From an uncultured Dehalococcoidia bacterium (GTDB taxonomy: Bacteria > Chloroflexota > Dehalococcoidia > Lucifugimonadales > UBA2985): a stretch of 64,000 nt of DNA. The stretch covers positions 9,443 through 73,442 of the forward strand of contig CAZNIG010000003.1 in the NCBI GenBank assembly GCA_964573055.1. Reading direction: 5' to 3'. Below, in pieces: positions 1-9,684 of this stretch (the stretch's first letter is position 1; each line of letters opens with the position of its first letter). The notes beneath the pieces were generated by a model that had not been told where the DNA came from, did no database searches, and saw only the letters and a program-made list of their open reading frames with translations. The translations under genes and the position numbers were made by a program.

Positions 1-1327
1 TAGGTCGCTCTCCCTGTAACACATGGATTTCTACGCTGGTCTGATTGTCACCAGCAGTTGTAAAAGTCTCAGTATGTGCAGTAGGGATAGTTGTATTTCT
101 AGATATCAGTGCTGTAGTAACTCCGCCAAGAGTTTCTATTCCTAAGGTTAGAGGGGTGACATCCAACAGCAGTATATCTGTAACGTCTCCCTGCAAAACC
201 CCGGCTTGAATAGCGGCTCCAGCGGCCACAACTTCATCTGGATTAACACCTTTATGTGGCTCTCTCCCAAAAATTTCCTTGACTTTCTCAACGACTGCTG
301 GCATACGAGTCATGCCACCAACCATCACCACTTCGTTTACTTGACTAGAAGATATACCGGCGTCGGCCAGGGCTTGCCTACAAGGTTCTGATGTCCTATC
401 AATTAAGTCCCCGACCAATTGCTCCAGTTTAGATCTTGCCAAGGTCATAGAAAGATGCTTTGGACCGGAAGAATCGGCGGTAATAAAAGGTAGGTTGATT
501 TCCGCCTGGATAACTGTAGACAGTTCCATCTTAGCCTTCTCAGCAGCTTCTTTGAGCCTCTGTAGAGCCATATTGTCCTGCTTAAGATCAATCCCTTGAT
601 CTCGTTTAAAGTCATCACATATCCAGTCTATGATTCTTTCATCGAAGTCATCACCACCCAGATATGTATCACCGTTGGTAGACTGAACTTCGAAAACACC
701 TTCAGCTATCCGCAAAATTGATATGTCAAAAGTCCCTCCTCCCAAGTCAAATACGGCAACCATTTCCTCCTGTTTTTTGTCCATACCATAGGCCATAGCA
801 GCAGCTGTAGGCTCATTTATAATGCGAGCTACTTTAAGCCCAGCAATCTTTCCTGCGTCTATTGTTGCCTGCCTTTGAGTATCACTAAAATAAGCGGGAA
901 CTGTGATGACTGCCTCGGAAATCTGCTCTCCTAACTTAGCTTCAGCGTCTTGCTTCAATTTCTGCAAAATCATCGCAGATACTTCTGGTGGTGAATATGT
1001 CTTCCCAGCCATCACGACATGACTATCTCCATTAGATGCCTTAACAGTCTTGTAAGGTAAGCGTTCCAAAGCTGATTGAACCCCAGAATCATCGAACTTG
1101 CGCCCCATAAGCCGCTTAACTGAAAACACAGTATTTTCTGGGTTTGTGATGGATTGCCTTTTAGCTATTAACCCTGTATATCGCTCCCCACTGCTTGCGT
1201 GCATAGCCACTACAGAAGGAGTAATACGAGCACCTTCGCTATTTTCCAGTATTTGCGCTTCCCCGACTTCCATAACCGCCATGCATGAATTCGTTGTCCC
1301 CAAATCTATCCCTAAAATCTTTGGCAT
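1..1327 (-). CDS. dnaK: Molecular chaperone DnaK (Hsp70); N-terminus in window, C-terminus runs off the left edge
   Basis: Own translation of the minus strand from ATG 1327-1325 gives [32 protein letters not shown]...[16 protein letters not shown]...[10 protein letters not shown]. These are canonical Hsp70 signatures. The frame stays open to base 1. It is absent from the ORF track because there is no stop inside the window. Confidence 0.95.
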   Translation of the reverse strand, partial: MPKILGIDLGTTNSCMAVMEVGEAQILENSEGARITPSVVAMHASSGERYTGLIAKRQSITNPENTVFSVKRLMGRKFDDSGVQSALERLPYKTVKASNGDSHVVMAGKTYSPPEVSAMILQKLKQDAEAKLGEQISEAVITVPAYFSDTQRQATIDAGKIAGLKVARIINEPTAAAMAYGMDKKQEEMVAVFDLGGGTFDISILRIAEGVFEVQSTNGDTYLGGDDFDERIIDWICDDFKRDQGIDLKQDNMALQRLKEAAEKAKMELSTVIQAEINLPFITADSSGPKHLSMTLARSKLEQLVGDLIDRTSEPCRQALADAGISSSQVNEVVMVGGMTRMPAVVEKVKEIFGREPHKGVNPDEVVAAGAAIQAGVLQGDVTDILLLDVTPLTLGIETLGGVTTALISRNTTIPTAHTETFTTAGDNQTSVEIHVLQGERP

Positions 1328-1365
1328 TGTCCCGTCTCCTTCCGTCTACGATCCGCCTTTTCCTA

Positions 1366-1923
1366 TCAGGCGAATTCATCCTGTCTTTTCTTAAGTAACG
1401 TAACCTGGGCCGGGCGCAACACCCTACCATAGAGTTTATAACCATCTCTAACCACAGACACTACCTGATCATCTTCACCCTGATCTGTAAACTCGTAAGA
1501 AACAGACTCATGTTCTTGAGGGTCAAATGCGCTACCAATTGCTTCAATCTTTGCCACTCCCATGGACTCCAACGCAGCTACAAAACTACGATATACCATC
1601 TCAACTCCAATATACCAAGAGCCGATGTTTTCATCCTGAGGGATATAGTCGAGAGCCCTCTTGTAGTCATCCAGGACCGGGAGAAGTTTGAGGACCAGAT
1701 TGGTATTAGCTCTTTGCCTTAGATCTTCTCTCTCCTCCTCCATCCGCCGCTTGTAGTTTATTGAATCAGCTTGCACTCTCTGAAGCTGATCTCGGAGTTG
1801 GCTTATCTCATTCTCATATTCGTGGATTCTAGATTTCAACTCCTCCACACCAAGCTCTACATCATCGCCGAGCCTCCCAATTAGGGCATCCCAATCAATT
1901 TGGTCTTTTTCTTCCTGATTCAT
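1366..1923 (-). CDS. grpE: Nucleotide exchange factor GrpE
   Basis: 185-aa ORF with an N-terminal coiled-coil region (ELKSRIHEYENEISQLRDQLQRVQAD..NYKRR) and a GrpE-type C-terminal domain. It lies immediately upstream of dnaK. Confidence 0.9.
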   Translation of the reverse strand: MNQEEKDQIDWDALIGRLGDDVELGVEELKSRIHEYENEISQLRDQLQRVQADSINYKRRMEEEREDLRQRANTNLVLKLLPVLDDYKRALDYIPQDENIGSWYIGVEMVYRSFVAALESMGVAKIEAIGSAFDPQEHESVSYEFTDQGEDDQVVSVVRDGYKLYGRVLRPAQVTLLKKRQDEFA

Positions 1924-1943
1924 CTCTACTTGCCACTTCAGAT

Positions 1944-2477
1944 TTACAATTCTGTTGCTTTTCTAGGAACAATAACTCCTAGTTCTAGCAGCATCTTATC
2001 AAGCTCCTCAACTAACGATTGCTGCGTTACACTCGCCTGAGATAACCGTTTAACTTTCTCACGAATACTCATTACCCGACCCAATAAATGCAGAGCAAAT
2101 TCTACTCCGGCCAGATTCATTCCTAGATCATCTACCATATATTTTATTAACCTGACCCTTACCAAATCCTCCATCGAATACAGCCTCAACATACCGACAC
2201 TACGAGTTGGCTTAACTAAACCGAGTCGCTCGTATTTCCTCAAGGTTTGTGGGTGCATGTTGAGTAGCCGGGCTGCAACACTTATAACATATAAACCTTG
2301 CCCGATTTCTACATCATCCACGCCCTGACTAGAAACAGTTCTACGATCTAGAGCTGGATTCTCTAGAGTGACCCCCAGAAGAATAGTCGCGCCTGCCCTA
2401 GAAGCCCTCATAGTTTCTACGACTCTCAGTGTCCTGGTATTTCGCTGCCTGTACGACTCACTCTCGCTCATTGCCAA
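1944..2477 (-). CDS. MerR-family heat-shock transcriptional regulator (HspR-like)
   Basis: 177-aa ORF with a MerR-type HTH (YVISVAARLLNMHPQTLRKYERLGLVKPTRSVGMLRLYSMEDLVRVRLIK). It is the first gene of the grpE-dnaK unit. Confidence 0.75.
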   Translation of the reverse strand: MAMSESESYRQRNTRTLRVVETMRASRAGATILLGVTLENPALDRRTVSSQGVDDVEIGQGLYVISVAARLLNMHPQTLRKYERLGLVKPTRSVGMLRLYSMEDLVRVRLIKYMVDDLGMNLAGVEFALHLLGRVMSIREKVKRLSQASVTQQSLVEELDKMLLELGVIVPRKATEL

Positions 2478-2545
2478 CCACCCACTAGCCTAACAGTCCA
2501 GATTTATTTAGGGTCGCCTATAGGCACCTATCAGGGAATATTATG

Positions 2546-2560
2546 AGTCTTTCCAAGACT
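2546..2560. promoter_or_regulatory. Perfect inverted repeat AGTCTT-tcc-AAGACT in the hspR-like leader; candidate operator
   Basis: The palindrome was read directly. It lies between the predicted promoter (2589-2617) and the hspR-like start (2477). A related GAGTCT/AGACTC half-site is also at ~2632-2640. Confidence 0.3.
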
Positions 2561-2588
2561 ACATTTTACTTTGAATCTAGGTAGTGGC

Positions 2589-2617
2589 ATTCTATACATT
2601 TATACACTTCATGTCAA
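2589..2617 (-). promoter_or_regulatory. Sigma70-like promoter for hspR-like/grpE/dnaK
   Basis: On the minus strand: TTGACA (2617-2612), a 17-nt spacer, then TAGAAT (2594-2589). It sits ~105 nt upstream of the hspR-like start. Confidence 0.4.
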
Positions 2618-2904
2618 GTAGTATCATGCCGTGAGACTCAGACCTTAGAGCGATACAGACAAGGGTGTGGTTATAATTAATTGCCTGTGAAGATTTACCC
2701 GATAATCATCAACGGTGCTACCAACTCAAACCTAACACTAAACTAGGATTTATTCCTCTCGCCACTGCAAAACTTTATATCCATCCACGCTTCATGCAGA
2801 CAGTTGAGTACATTACCAAGAATCAACATATCTTTTCAATGGATCTGCATCAATATCTACCCAACCGATATGTGCTATAAGTAGCCCCGGGTTAATCTAC
2901 CATC

Positions 2905-3729
2905 TTATGACTTCAGCATAGCATTGAGACTACCCATACGATATCCAGAAAGATCTAGGGTCACATAGAGATATCCAAGACTACGAAACCCTGAAACAAT
3001 ACCTTCCCGGATATCCTGATTGATTATCTTATCCATATCCTCCGGATCTATCTCAATCCGGGCTATAGTATCATGATGTCTTACCCTGCACTTTTGGAAC
3101 CCCATGTTCTTAAGTAACTGTTCTGCCTGGCCTATCCTCGTTAGGGCTTCGACAGAAACCAAAGTACCGAACGGAATGCGAGAAGACAAGCACGGCTGTG
3201 CGGGTTTATCCCAAGTTGGAAGGCCCATTTCTCTGGACAGATGGCGTATATCTGTTTTTGTAAGCCCTGCTTCTACCATAGGATTCCTTATGCCATATTC
3301 GCGCCCTGCCTTGAGGCCAGGACGATAATCCTTCAGGTCATCCATGTTCGTACCACTAACTATCCACTCCAGACCCTCTTCCAAGGCTATCGGACGTAAC
3401 TTAGTATAAAGTTCAACCTTGCAAAAATAACAACGAGTAGGTCCATTAGCTATGTAATCTGGATCCGAAAGTTCTTGGGTTTCAATGACTCTATGGCGTA
3501 GACCGAATCGGATAGCCAATTCCTTTGCATCATCCAGTTCCGAAGGGGCCAAACTTGGTGATGAAGCTGTAATAGCCAAGCATTTATCGCCAAGAGCATC
3601 TTTAGCAATAACCGCAAGGAATGTACTATCAACTCCGCCTGAATATGCCACAACGACCGAACCCATATCTCTCAAAACCACCTCGAGAGACTTTAGCTTA
3701 CCTTTTAAATCTTTCTGGTTGATAGACAT
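2905..3729 (-). CDS. larE: PP-loop ATP-utilising sulfur transferase, LarE family
   Basis: 274 aa. It has the PP-loop SGGVDS near the N-terminus (VVAYSGGVDSTFLA), plus conserved Cys in TRCYFCK and AQPCLSSRIP. Confidence 0.8.
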   Translation of the reverse strand: MSINQKDLKGKLKSLEVVLRDMGSVVVAYSGGVDSTFLAVIAKDALGDKCLAITASSPSLAPSELDDAKELAIRFGLRHRVIETQELSDPDYIANGPTRCYFCKVELYTKLRPIALEEGLEWIVSGTNMDDLKDYRPGLKAGREYGIRNPMVEAGLTKTDIRHLSREMGLPTWDKPAQPCLSSRIPFGTLVSVEALTRIGQAEQLLKNMGFQKCRVRHHDTIARIEIDPEDMDKIINQDIREGIVSGFRSLGYLYVTLDLSGYRMGSLNAMLKS

Positions 3730-3823
3730 CAGAAAACGCCTCTGCTTTCTTGCCAGTTTAGAACAAACACTAGGATTTGTAACTGTGCTAGCTCAGAATA
3801 GTCTCTTTAAAAATTTCCAGGAA

Positions 3824-5233
3824 CTACTCATCTTTATTCCCACCGTACTTAACGATATTCGGTACCTCAGGAAAGGCTACCTTAATGGCTTCCATCAATG
3901 TTTGAGTGGCATTAACCTTCACATTCGAATGGACTGACCACAATTGAATGTCATTATTAGGTACCACGCAACTTGCAAATCCCATTTTATTAAGCTCTGA
4001 TAAACGCCTAGGCATCTGAGACACCCCCCTCATTTCTCCCCCAAGACCTATTTCCCCTAAAGCAACGCCCCCATCAGCTATCGGCGTATTGTAAAGACTA
4101 GATATCATAGACAAGGCCAGCGCTAGGTCAGAAGCAGGCTCAGTAGCCCTAAAACCACCCGCTACGTTTATTATGACATCTTGGTTTGCAAATGAAAGAC
4201 CTGCCCTCTTAAAAAGAACAGCTATTACCATCATCATGCGACTCATATCCACACCATTCGCAACTCTCCTAGGAGTAGGCAGGGACGATGGAGTTGTCAA
4301 AGCCTGCACTTCAACTAAAAGTGGCCTAGTACCCTCTATAACCGGTACTATCGCCGAGCCTACTGCATTACTCATTCTAGAAGCAAGAGCAATTTCCGAT
4401 GGGTTCTGAACTTCCTCTAAGCCATTATCTTTCATCTCAAATACTCCCACCTCATTGGTGGAACCAAAGCGATTTTTCTCTCCTCTAATGAGCCTATAAG
4501 AACCCAAGTTACTTTCTTCAAGATATAGAACTACATCCACCATATGCTCCAATACCCGCGGCCCAGCCAAACTCCCATCTTTTGTCATGTGTCCCGTAAT
4601 CATGACAGGTGTACCGACGGTCTTAGCCCACCTTAACAAAGCGGTGCCACATTCTCTGACCTGTCCAATAGTACCGGGGGCACCATTTTCATCGGGAAGA
4701 TAAACCGACTGAATTGAATCTATCACAACCATGGTAGGAGACAATCGCTGTATGTGATCAAGTATGACCAGCATATCTGTTTCAGCAAGAACATGTATAC
4801 CTCGACCTGATATTCCTAATCGCTCAGCTCTAAGTTTGATCTGTTGCACAGACTCTTCGCCCGAAACATATACGACAGAACCATATGTTTCGGCTAATAA
4901 ATTACTGACTTGAAGTAGAAGAGTAGATTTACCAACCCCAGGATCTCCGCCAATCAATATCAAGGAACCTTGCACAATACCCCCGCCCAAAACCTGATTT
5001 AACTCTTTCAAGGGCAAGCTTATTCTAGGAGTTTCATCTAGACTAACATTTGACAACTCTTCTGGAAGTACAGAGGTGGACGACAGCCAAGAATATTGAC
5101 CCGCAACTGAGTGGGTCGCCTCTTTCAGGAGAGGTTCACGTATCTTACAGACGTGACAAAAACCCTGATACTGCGGTGCTTGAGCACCGCAGTGTCTACA
5201 CTGCCACAGGCTACGTGATTTATCTCTTGTCAT
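3824..5233 (-). CDS. radA: DNA repair protein RadA/Sms
   Basis: 469 aa with an N-terminal Zn ribbon (CRHCGAQAPQYQGFCHVCK), Walker A (GGDPGVGKSTLLLQ), a KNRFG motif and a Lon-like C-terminal domain. Confidence 0.95.
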   Translation of the reverse strand: MTRDKSRSLWQCRHCGAQAPQYQGFCHVCKIREPLLKEATHSVAGQYSWLSSTSVLPEELSNVSLDETPRISLPLKELNQVLGGGIVQGSLILIGGDPGVGKSTLLLQVSNLLAETYGSVVYVSGEESVQQIKLRAERLGISGRGIHVLAETDMLVILDHIQRLSPTMVVIDSIQSVYLPDENGAPGTIGQVRECGTALLRWAKTVGTPVMITGHMTKDGSLAGPRVLEHMVDVVLYLEESNLGSYRLIRGEKNRFGSTNEVGVFEMKDNGLEEVQNPSEIALASRMSNAVGSAIVPVIEGTRPLLVEVQALTTPSSLPTPRRVANGVDMSRMMMVIAVLFKRAGLSFANQDVIINVAGGFRATEPASDLALALSMISSLYNTPIADGGVALGEIGLGGEMRGVSQMPRRLSELNKMGFASCVVPNNDIQLWSVHSNVKVNATQTLMEAIKVAFPEVPNIVKYGGNKDE

Positions 5234-5411
5234 CTTGACTTCATCTAAGCCTAGTAATTCTATCAGACTAGACTATTCAATAGGATAACTCTTTTGTTGA
5301 TGTAAGTTAAGCAATTTTGACTAAATTACTCACCCAAAACTTAATCTAAAACATTGGGGGCCCGCCCAGAAGGCAGACCCCCAACAGAACATCTTACGAA
5401 TCTGAAACTGC

Positions 5412-7874
5412 TTAGCTAGAAGGAACCGCTACACCTTCTGATCTAGCGACAAACTTACCTTCTTCAGCATCTATGTAGACAGTGTCCCCTGAGCCTATAC
5501 GACCTCCAAGAAGATCCTCAGATAGTAAGTCTTCCAAGTCATCCTGAATCACACGGCGCAGTGGCCTGGCTCCAAATGTAGGGTCGTATCCTTTATCTAC
5601 AAGCAATTCTTTAGCTTTCTGGGTTATTTCCAGAGATATGCCCTTCTCTCGCAGTTGCTGTCTTACATTATCTAGCATTAGATCAACGATGGAGAGTATA
5701 TGGTCTTTACTCAGAGCGTGGAAGACCACTGTGCCATCAATGCGGTTTAAGAATTCTGGTCGAAAGAATCTCTTAACCTCATCCATTACTTTGTCTTTCA
5801 TCCTTTGATACTGCTGCTGATCCGACTTCCCATCATCTGTCTTAGCTGTAAACCCTAAAGACGTGTCTCTTTTTATAAGATCAGAGCCTATGTTGCTAGT
5901 CATCACTATAATCGAGTTACGAAAATCTACACGGCGGCCTTTTGCATCAGTGAGATGACCATCATCAAAAATCTGAAGTAGTATGTTGAATACTTCAGGG
6001 TGAGCCTTCTCTATCTCATCAAGTAGTATGGCACAGTAGGATTTCCTCCTAACTGCTTCTGTAAGTTGTCCTCCTTCGTCGTATCCAACATAGCCTGGAG
6101 GAGCCCCTACCAGACGAGCCACAGAATGCCTCTCCATGAATTCAGACATATCTAGCCTTATCACCGCATCTTCACTACCAAACATAAACTCCGACATGGA
6201 TCTGACCAACTCAGTTTTGCCCACTCCTGTTGGACCAAGAAAGATGAAGCTACCAATAGGCCTACGGGGATCTTTTATACCTGCTCTTGCCCGCCTCACG
6301 GCCTTGGATACTGAATTTATGGCTTCATCCTGACCAATTATGCGTTCATGAAGAGAACTCTCCATATGAAGTAGTCTCTCTGTCTCCTCCAAGCCCAACC
6401 TAGTAACAGGTATGCCTGTCCACATACTTACAACTTCAGCTATATCCTCTTCAGTCACTATGGCCTCTTGACCTTCGCTATCCCCCTCCCACTCCTTCTC
6501 CATGGTCTCAACCTTATCTACGAGTCTTAGCTCCCGATCTCGCAACTCAGCAGCATATTCATACTGTTGCCCAGCTATAGCTTCCTCTTTTTCTTTCCGA
6601 ACGTTCTCTAGAATTTTCACCGACTCTTTAACAGAGAGAGGTGTCGAACCAACTCTTATCCTTACTCTAGATGAAGCTTCATCTACAAGGTCAATAGCCT
6701 TATCTGGTAGCCACCTATCTGCAATAAACCTAGAGGCCAAGCTAGCAGCACTATGGAGTGCTTCATCAGTTATCGTGAGATGATGATGATCCTCATATTT
6801 GCTCTTTATACCCCTGAGGATCGATACGGTATCTTCCATTGAAGGTTCATCTACTCGGACTGGCTGGAAGCGACGCTCAAGTGCAGGGTCTCTTTCAACA
6901 TACTTCCTGTAATCGTCCAATGTTGTCGCACCTATGCACTGAATCTCGCCCCTAGAGAGCGCTGGCTTCAGTATATTGGCGGCATCAACCGCCCCTTCAG
7001 CGGCACCTGCTCCTACCATTGTATGCATTTCATCAATGAACAGAACGCACGTACCAGAGCCTCTAATCTCTTCCAAGATTTTCTTAAGTCTCTCTTCGAA
7101 CTCTCCTCTGTACTTAGTCCCAGCCACAAGCGCTCCCATGTCTAGGGTTACCAACCGCTTACCCTGCAGGCTATCTGGGACATCCCCACTAATTATGCGC
7201 TGCGCCAGTGCTTCGACTATAGCGGTCTTTCCCACACCTGGCTCACCTATCAAAACCGGGTTATTCTTAGTTCGGCGGCTCAGTATCTGAACCACTCTTT
7301 GAATTTCCTTATCTCTACCTATGACAGGATCTAGCTTGCTCGACCTAGCAGCGCTAGTGAGATCTATACCGAGTTGATCTAGTGTGGTAGTCCGAGCAGC
7401 CGCCTTTCCACCACTCTGGCTCTGGCCAGCGCTCTGACTAAGAACCCGATTTGTCTCTGCTCTTACCTTGTCAAGTGTAACCCCCAAGCTTTCCAATACA
7501 CCTGCCGCAACCCCCTCGCCTTCTCTCATAAGACCTATTAGAATGTGCTCTGTACCGATATAGTGGTGATTAAGGCGACGGGCCTCGTCAACCGCCAACT
7601 CTATTACTTTCTTAGCCCTAGGAGTTAGCCCTATATCACCAGGCACATGCTTTTCACCAGTACCTATGATAAATTCTACGGCAGACCTTGCCTTACCCAA
7701 CTCCACACCTAGGTTAGCCAGTACCTTGGCGGCCACACCTTCACTTTCTCTCACCATACCAAGAAGTACATGTTCAGTACCTATATAGTTATGGTTAAAG
7801 CGCTGGGCCTCTTCCTGTGCTAGTGACAGTACTCTACGGGCTCTCTCTGAGAATTTCTCAAATCTACTAGTCAT
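5412..7874 (-). CDS. clpC: ATP-dependent Clp protease ATP-binding subunit ClpC
   Basis: 820 aa with duplicated Clp_N repeats and two AAA+ modules ([12 protein letters not shown]; [11 protein letters not shown]). The clpC-radA order matches that of many Gram-positive-type genomes. Confidence 0.95.
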   Translation of the reverse strand: MTSRFEKFSERARRVLSLAQEEAQRFNHNYIGTEHVLLGMVRESEGVAAKVLANLGVELGKARSAVEFIIGTGEKHVPGDIGLTPRAKKVIELAVDEARRLNHHYIGTEHILIGLMREGEGVAAGVLESLGVTLDKVRAETNRVLSQSAGQSQSGGKAAARTTTLDQLGIDLTSAARSSKLDPVIGRDKEIQRVVQILSRRTKNNPVLIGEPGVGKTAIVEALAQRIISGDVPDSLQGKRLVTLDMGALVAGTKYRGEFEERLKKILEEIRGSGTCVLFIDEMHTMVGAGAAEGAVDAANILKPALSRGEIQCIGATTLDDYRKYVERDPALERRFQPVRVDEPSMEDTVSILRGIKSKYEDHHHLTITDEALHSAASLASRFIADRWLPDKAIDLVDEASSRVRIRVGSTPLSVKESVKILENVRKEKEEAIAGQQYEYAAELRDRELRLVDKVETMEKEWEGDSEGQEAIVTEEDIAEVVSMWTGIPVTRLGLEETERLLHMESSLHERIIGQDEAINSVSKAVRRARAGIKDPRRPIGSFIFLGPTGVGKTELVRSMSEFMFGSEDAVIRLDMSEFMERHSVARLVGAPPGYVGYDEGGQLTEAVRRKSYCAILLDEIEKAHPEVFNILLQIFDDGHLTDAKGRRVDFRNSIIVMTSNIGSDLIKRDTSLGFTAKTDDGKSDQQQYQRMKDKVMDEVKRFFRPEFLNRIDGTVVFHALSKDHILSIVDLMLDNVRQQLREKGISLEITQKAKELLVDKGYDPTFGARPLRRVIQDDLEDLLSEDLLGGRIGSGDTVYIDAEEGKFVARSEGVAVPSS

Positions 7875-7919
7875 TGTTCTTCTCCCTCAGAGGCAATCGT
7901 TATAGGCGGCTTACCTATC

Positions 7920-9038
7920 CTAGGTTTCGGTATCCTCCGCCTGTTTCAGGCTGAGAGCCAAGCGCCTACGCTCAGGCTCTATTTTCAGGATTTTCAACGT
8001 CAGGTCGTCTCCCTCTCTCACCACCTCCTTTGGGTGTTGCAGGAGCTTGTAACTCAACTCAGAAATATGGATCAGTCCTTCTATTGAGCCGTCTATTCTA
8101 GCAAATGCTCCAAAGTTAGTCAGCTTTGTAACGGTCCCGGTAACGATTTGGTCAACCTGATATTTGTCGTATATAGTGTCCCAAGGCCCAGGAGATGTCC
8201 TCCTCAAACTTAAACCGATCCTTTTGGTTTCAAGGTCGACTTTCATAATATAGACATCCACTTCATCCCCTACTTGCACCACCTCATCAGCGGTCTGTAT
8301 AGGCTCCCAAGACAACTCTGAGATATGAATCAGGCCATCTGCTCCACCCACGTCAACGAAAGCGCCAAACTCACAGGTGCCAGTCACCTTACCTGACCTA
8401 ACTTGACCTTCCTCCAGTTCCTGAATCACCCTTTCCTTTTCAACCTGACGCTTTTCTTGTACTGCTAGTCTTTCTGAGAAGATTGCCCTTCTCTTTTCGC
8501 GGTCCAACTCTAAGACCTTAAGGCCAACTTTCTCACCAACGCGTTGTCCAATATACTCTTCCTGATCATCTACCGCATTTCTTTGTAAACCATCCAAGTG
8601 TGATATAGGCACAAAACCCTTTAGCCCATCCACGACCACCAAGGCACCACCCCTGTTATGCCCTGTAAAAGTGCCTTCAACCAACTGATTGCTTAGGAAT
8701 TTCTCTTCTACTGCTACCCAGCCCACCTCTTCTCTTGCTTGATCCACTGACAGCAAAGATGAGCCGTCCTCCCTTTCAGCCTCCAAGACCCGGGTCAGAA
8801 TTTGATCACCAACCCGCATGTCAGACAACTCTTCTTGCGTCAGCGAGCGCATCTCCCTAGCGGGAACTAGCCCTTCAGATTTATTGCCTATGCTGACCAG
8901 TATGCCTTCCTGATCCATCCTCATCACCACACCCTGCACTACTTCTCCTCTGCGAACAGATCTTATGAGGTACGACTCTCTAAGGAGTGCCTCCATGTCC
9001 TCGTGAGGTAGTTGTGTGTTTGTGGATGCTTGCAACAA
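7920..9038 (-). CDS. rpsA: 30S ribosomal protein S1 (four S1 domains)
   Basis: 372 aa with repeated S1 OB-fold motifs (GxVxxVxxfGAFVdigg.dGLiHiSEls). Confidence 0.9.
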   Translation of the reverse strand: MLQASTNTQLPHEDMEALLRESYLIRSVRRGEVVQGVVMRMDQEGILVSIGNKSEGLVPAREMRSLTQEELSDMRVGDQILTRVLEAEREDGSSLLSVDQAREEVGWVAVEEKFLSNQLVEGTFTGHNRGGALVVVDGLKGFVPISHLDGLQRNAVDDQEEYIGQRVGEKVGLKVLELDREKRRAIFSERLAVQEKRQVEKERVIQELEEGQVRSGKVTGTCEFGAFVDVGGADGLIHISELSWEPIQTADEVVQVGDEVDVYIMKVDLETKRIGLSLRRTSPGPWDTIYDKYQVDQIVTGTVTKLTNFGAFARIDGSIEGLIHISELSYKLLQHPKEVVREGDDLTLKILKIEPERRRLALSLKQAEDTET

Positions 9039-9272
9039 ATCTTCCTCTGCTTATTTATGTGGTAGCTGCTCACTATGATACAGCAAGATTATATGCCTAG
9101 CCAAGCAAGCTGTAAAGCTAACCAGTAGATGTCACACATACTAGGACATCTAAAACCTAAGGCTGGAGTAAGAGAACGCCTCTCATCCTCCTAGGATGTC
9201 TGGACGCTAATCCAAAGTTGATGCCGAGTTGCACCAGTCATGTGGACGTATCCCTGTAATGGGTGCCTTTAA

Positions 9273-9394
9273 GCCTCTGGCGGTGACCTATTTTCCCACC
9301 CCCTTGCGAAGGCAGTATCGTCGGCGCTGGGACGTTTCACTTCCGTGTTCGAGATGGTTACGGGTGGGTCAATCCCGCCAGAACCACCAGAGAC
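9273..9394 (-). rRNA. rrf: 5S ribosomal RNA (isolated copy)
   Basis: The reverse complement reads CTCTGGTGG..CCCACCCGTAACCATCTCGAACACGGAAGTGAAACGTCCCAGCGCCGACGATACTG...GGTCACCGCCAGAG. This matches bacterial 5S helix I pairing, the loop C/helix III core (CCGAAC.C.GAAGTGAAAC) and AGCGCCGA.G.TACTG. Ends are accurate to about 3 nt. Confidence 0.9.
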
Positions 9395-9461
9395 CAGCTA
9401 ATGGTAACCTATGCTTATCGCCTTTGCAACCACCTGCAAGCAGGTAAACAAATGATCTCAA

Positions 9462-9490
9462 GCTATAACGCTAACCTCCACTCCTGACAA
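9462..9490 (-). promoter_or_regulatory. Possible promoter for the 5S rRNA gene
   Basis: On the minus strand: TTGTCA (9490-9485), 17 nt, TATAGC (9467-9462). It sits ~60-70 nt upstream of the mature 5S 5' end. The -10 is weak. Confidence 0.3.
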
Positions 9491-9684
9491 ACAATAATTT
9501 CTCCTGTTGAATATAAAGTTAGCAACACTCCCGAACAAGATGATGTCCTATATCTTGTATCTTCTACAAAACATCAGGTTACACAATTTGTAATATAATG
9601 TGTTTTGTCTTTAAAACGTGCCTTAAAACGGTCAAAGCTCGAGCAAACCCATCGCAGTAAGATGTCACCGAAAGGATACTGAGT

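Noticed and set aside
2478-2904. Classical HAIR (CTTGAGT-N7-ACTCAAG) or CIRCE element upstream of the chaperone operon
   Set aside because: Neither consensus is present. Only the different palindrome reported above was found.
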